A DNA stretch of 49,731 bases from an uncultured Mucilaginibacter sp. (GTDB taxonomy: Bacteria; Bacteroidota; Bacteroidia; Sphingobacteriales; Sphingobacteriaceae). The DNA lies in NCBI GenBank assembly GCA_965650195.1, contig CBFGNU010000001.1, positions 1 through 49,731 of the forward strand, read 5' to 3'. Every line of letters begins with the position of its first letter. Within the stretch, counting starts at the first letter, position 1. The notes under the pieces were generated by a model. That model made no database searches. It was not told the DNA's origin and saw only the letters and a program-made list of their open reading frames with translations. This document shows, piece after piece, positions 46,113-49,731 of the stretch. The translations under genes were made by a program, and so were the position numbers.

Positions 46113-47780
46113 ATGATGAAAAGATTGATCCTTTTTTTATTACTAATGCCATGTATTGCAGATGCTCAAAACTACGTTGGCAAAGCCGACTCATGTATGA
46201 AGCGTAACGATTACGTATGTGCGGCTGTTAACTATGATCTTTATTTGACCAATTCGGATAGTTCCTCCAATGGCATTGCCTACCGTTCGGCGGTGGCGTG
46301 GGCAAAGGCGGGGGATAAAGACAAGACGATAAACGCCGTAAAAGTGTATATCCGGAATAATGCCTTAAATAACTATCCCTTCTTTAGTAAGGAACTGGAA
46401 GCCGAGTCGAGCTTTGACTTTTTAAAAACTGATTCCCGTTGGATAAGCTTGTTGTCGTTGGTAAAAAATAATGAGAATGCTATCCGGCTGGCAGAGAAGA
46501 AAAAGGTGGATAGCGCCGTTGCCATTCAAAGGTCATTGGAACGAAGGGGACTGTTGAGCATAGTACCTAAGCTCAACGCAACTGATGCTAAATCGGGATA
46601 CAGCGTCATAAAAAACTACAACGGTTACCCAGCAATTAAATCACGGATGCTTTCGTTACAATTTAAGATAACCGATAGCCTGAATACTGCCTTTTTGGTG
46701 GTGCTGCCACCAAAATATGATGCTAAAAAATCATACGCTGTATTATTCTTTTTGCACGGTGCTGTAGGAAGCAATACGGGTTACCTTAACTACGCGGACG
46801 ACTGGGATACTCAGGGCTGGAACCGCTATTATACCAAATATTCCGGTGATGTAATTATGGTCTACCCACATGGTAACAGAGATTATAATTGGATGTATCC
46901 CGAAAAAGGTTTTTACATGTTGCCGGCCATGCTGCGGCAGATGAAAAATATCATAAATGTAGATGATAACCGCGTTTATATTTCAGGGCATTCTAACGGT
47001 GCCACCGGTTCTTTCTCCTACCTGGTTAAACAGCCTTCGCCTTTTGCGGCGTTTTACGGCTTTAATACCTGGCCAAGGGTGGCAACAGGGGGAACTTACC
47101 TGCGTAATATTTTAAACCGGTCGTTCTTCAATGTTTCAACAGATCAGGATTACTATTTTCCGCCGGAGGCACATGATACGTTAAGCCTGGTTATGAAAGC
47201 CTTGAAAGTGGATTACCAGGACCATCGTTATAATGGTTTTCCGCACTGGTTTCCGCAGTTTGATGAGTCTGAACCGGTTTATAAAACATTGTTTGACGAT
47301 CTGGCCGCAAGAAAGCGCAACCCATTCAGAACAAATTTGTATTGGGAATGCGATGATGTTAAATACGGCAATTGCGACTGGCTGACAATAACCGCGTTGG
47401 ACACGGCATCCCAAAGAGCGGCCTGGCATACTGACGTTAATTTTGGTATACATAAATGGTTGGTATTGGATAAAAAGAATCGCGCCATTGAACATGATAC
47501 AATGTTAAATGCATACAGTAATGTTAAAAAGTCGGGCGCAATAAAGGCTACTTATTTAAATAATGTATTTAGCATAGAAACATCAGCGGTAAAAGCGTTT
47601 TCTATACTTATTTCCCCGGAAATGGTTGATTTGAAAAAGCCCGTTACCATTAAAGTTAATGGGAAAGTGTATAGTACAAAAAAGTACAGCTACGACAAAA
47701 GCTACATGCTCGCCGGTTTTAATAAGACTCTTGATAGGAAGGCATTGTGGATAAACCATATCGATGTAGTATTAAAATAA
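46113..47780 (+). CDS. Secreted alpha/beta-hydrolase (esterase-like) with N-terminal TPR-like region
   Basis: Signal peptide, FFLHG, GHSNG nucleophile elbow, candidate Asp (TDQD) and His (GFPH). Confidence 0.78.
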   Translation: MMKRLILFLLLMPCIADAQNYVGKADSCMKRNDYVCAAVNYDLYLTNSDSSSNGIAYRSAVAWAKAGDKDKTINAVKVYIRNNALNNYPFFSKELEAESSFDFLKTDSRWISLLSLVKNNENAIRLAEKKKVDSAVAIQRSLERRGLLSIVPKLNATDAKSGYSVIKNYNGYPAIKSRMLSLQFKITDSLNTAFLVVLPPKYDAKKSYAVLFFLHGAVGSNTGYLNYADDWDTQGWNRYYTKYSGDVIMVYPHGNRDYNWMYPEKGFYMLPAMLRQMKNIINVDDNRVYISGHSNGATGSFSYLVKQPSPFAAFYGFNTWPRVATGGTYLRNILNRSFFNVSTDQDYYFPPEAHDTLSLVMKALKVDYQDHRYNGFPHWFPQFDESEPVYKTLFDDLAARKRNPFRTNLYWECDDVKYGNCDWLTITALDTASQRAAWHTDVNFGIHKWLVLDKKNRAIEHDTMLNAYSNVKKSGAIKATYLNNVFSIETSAVKAFSILISPEMVDLKKPVTIKVNGKVYSTKKYSYDKSYMLAGFNKTLDRKALWINHIDVVLK

Positions 47781-47807
47781 TTCTCGTTTCATCAAATCCT
47801 GCTAATG

Positions 47808-47837
47808 CAAACAGCCACGCAAATGCGGGGCTGTTTG
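47808..47837. terminator. Probable terminator between convergent genes
   Basis: caaacagccacgc-aaat-gcggggctgtttg stem-loop. Confidence 0.7.
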
Positions 47838-47864
47838 GTTTTAAATAGAATGATTTATCCGATG

Positions 47865-49271
47865 TTATTTCCAATCATCCGTCCTAAATGGATTAACAGG
47901 TAAGCCCTCTTTGTTAAACAGGTTAGACATGGCTATGTTGGTAAACGAGAAACGTACAGCCACCGGATTAGGCACTGCCTTGCTTGATACTACAATTTTA
48001 CCTTTATCTAATTTCACTTCATCGGCTGGAACAAAGTTGTGATCTTCGCCTGCTATGGTAAACTCCGTTGCCTGCTTGGCATCGCCTTTTAGCATAAAGC
48101 CGTTGGGCGCGTAATCTAAATATAGCGTAACTTTTCCTTTGTTTATCTCCATGCGGTTATATAGCGGGTTGCGGTATTCCGGCAGGGGGATAGGCTTTTT
48201 GTAGGTATCCGCCAGTGCCAGATTAGCCAGCCTGTTACCAACGGTTAGCTTGTCTATCGGGTGCTGACTTTTAAGGTCATCAACCAGGTCGGTAATAACC
48301 ACCATACCCGTTTTAGGATACTTAAGCGCGCGGGTTTGTTGTTCATACAGCAAGGCGGCATCAATAGGTAATTCATAACCCGAAAATGGTGCGATCTGCA
48401 CAATATAAAACGGAAACTCGTTGCCGTTATTTTTGCGCCAGTCGGCAATCATGCCGGTCAACATTTTCTCGTAGGCATAAGCGCGTGGCACGTTGCCTTC
48501 GCCCTGATACCATAAAGTACCGGCAATGGTATATTTAATGATAGGAGCTATCATTGAATTATAGATCAGACCGGGCTTATCAGGGCGGTAAGTAACCGTT
48601 TTGATGGTTTTTGATGCCTTGATCATATCCGCATCGCTATCGATAACAGATTGCGGCTCCCAAAGCTCTATAGGCGTGCCACTCCAGGCCGATTGGATCA
48701 AACCAATAGGAACATTCAATTCCTTGTTTATTTTCTTGCCAAAGAAGTAAGCAACAGCGCTAAATCTTCTCAACGACTCCTCGTTACAAGGCACCCATTT
48801 GCCATCAGCAAATTCCTGCGGATATTCTGATGATGCATGGGCCACGTTAAAAAAGCGGATCTTATCATTAGCCGCAGTAGGCAATTCATCGCGTATTTGC
48901 TTGGTGCCGCTCATTTCCATGTTCGATTGACCCGAGCATAACCACACCTCGCCTATTAAAATGTTCTCTAACACAATGGTGTTTGATCTGCCTTTCAATG
49001 TGATTGTATATGGGCCGCCTGCCGGAGGTGTCGCTATCTGCACTTTCCATTTACCACCCGGGGTTGAAGTAACCTCGTCTGCCGTAGTTTTCCATGAGGA
49101 AATCACCGTAAACCGCTCGCTGGCATCGCCCCAGCCCCATAAAGTGGCGTTGGCATTTTGCTGAAGCACCATACCACTGCTTATGATAGGTGGTATCCTA
49201 ACAAGGGCGAATGAATTGTTTGCGCACAGTAGCACAGCAAGCAAAGGCAATAAATAGTAAAGCTTTTTCAT
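47865..49271 (-). CDS. Sialate O-acetylesterase-like (SASA) carbohydrate esterase
   Basis: MVLQQ, GEVWLCSGQSNM, WYQGE, QHP, LFNKEGLPVNPFRTD. Confidence 0.92.
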   Translation of the reverse strand: MKKLYYLLPLLAVLLCANNSFALVRIPPIISSGMVLQQNANATLWGWGDASERFTVISSWKTTADEVTSTPGGKWKVQIATPPAGGPYTITLKGRSNTIVLENILIGEVWLCSGQSNMEMSGTKQIRDELPTAANDKIRFFNVAHASSEYPQEFADGKWVPCNEESLRRFSAVAYFFGKKINKELNVPIGLIQSAWSGTPIELWEPQSVIDSDADMIKASKTIKTVTYRPDKPGLIYNSMIAPIIKYTIAGTLWYQGEGNVPRAYAYEKMLTGMIADWRKNNGNEFPFYIVQIAPFSGYELPIDAALLYEQQTRALKYPKTGMVVITDLVDDLKSQHPIDKLTVGNRLANLALADTYKKPIPLPEYRNPLYNRMEINKGKVTLYLDYAPNGFMLKGDAKQATEFTIAGEDHNFVPADEVKLDKGKIVVSSKAVPNPVAVRFSFTNIAMSNLFNKEGLPVNPFRTDDWK

Positions 49272-49298
49272 TTTAGTTCGATAATTACATTATTAAAA

Positions 49299-49447
49299 TG
49301 CCCCGGAGGGGCTACCTATTTGTAGCAAATTGATTGCATATAATTTTTTGCTCCGTCAGGAGCTACCCTTAGCGAATTAGGGTAACCCCTGACGGGGTAA
49401 AAATCTAATGTTTAATTATCCTACAAATAGGTAGCCCCTCCGGGGCA
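49299..49447. repeat. REPIN-like nested palindrome with four REP-like hairpins
   Basis: Perfect 27-bp outer inverted repeat (49299-49325 / 49421-49447) containing GTAG next to a GCCCC-TCC-GGGGC hairpin; inner inverted pair 49344-49403. Confidence 0.88.
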
Positions 49448-49479
49448 AGCCTTTGTGTTTTTTATTATCCGGCCCCCTA

Positions 49480-49731
49480 TTACCAGGTCCTCTTGCTCAT
49501 CATTTTATCCACCTCAGCACGGGTCATTTTACCAAGTTCAGGATGGCCTGCCAGCCATTTAACAAAGTCATCTTTAATAACATCTGTCCACTGGCTGTCA
49601 ATTTCGCCGGTGCTGTATTTACCGGTTCGTACCATTTCAAAGCCGAACTGGTCCTTTCTTACCACAAACTCACCGGTGCTTACTACCTCTTCGGCCATGT
49701 GCGCGGGGATGAATAACACGCCCTCTTTTTG
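49480..49731 (-). CDS. C-terminus of a probable RraA-family protein (truncated by window end)
   Basis: Frame open to the window edge; EGVLFIPAHMAEEVV matches the RraA-family C-terminal GV..IP pattern. Confidence 0.65.
   Translation of the reverse strand, partial: QKEGVLFIPAHMAEEVVSTGEFVVRKDQFGFEMVRTGKYSTGEIDSQWTDVIKDDFVKWLAGHPELGKMTRAEVDKMMSKRTW

Noticed and set aside
1164..49716. Numerous 60-170 aa ORFs antisense to or nested in larger genes
   Set aside because: Shadow frames of well-supported CDSs, with no motifs or independent start signals.

Overview
Chromosomal window from a Bacteroidota genome. Gene content (gldD, TAnnTTTG promoters, AT-rich start contexts without Shine-Dalgarno sites) suggests Sphingobacteriaceae, possibly Mucilaginibacter; this is inference. 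The left end has a TPR sensor kinase preceded by the tail of a paralog, then a complete eboABCDEF operon led by a TMEM220-like gene. The rest is mostly housekeeping (hpt, M16 peptidase, def, NifU, mrp, lepB, xth, cyclophilin, rbfA, LolC/E-like permease, gldD, aroE, trmB, YkuK, Nif3/zinc-ribbon, radA) mixed with accessory genes: a frameshifted AraC plus VOC gene, a DUF2339/DUF3999-like pair, a Mo-oxidoreductase/cytochrome b pair, an NHL lipoprotein, a cupin-cupin-gluconolactonase fusion, a LytS/LytTR pair with a divergent hydrolase, and a sialate O-acetylesterase. I saw no rRNA, tRNA, CRISPR array, integrase or transposase. The most unusual signals are non-coding. (1) Two diverged copies (about 14.25-14.45 kb and 43.22-43.44 kb) of a ~200-230 bp element with phased TG(A/G)AAC boxes, IHF-like boxes and a 36-bp core at conserved spacing, resembling a tyrosine-recombinase attachment site. 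(2) Several unrelated 6-7-mer tandem-repeat elements, most abutting start codons; two such repeat blocks form an in-frame insertion in radA. (3) Three REP/REPIN-like palindromes. (4) Many apparently leaderless promoters and two unannotated small ORFs.
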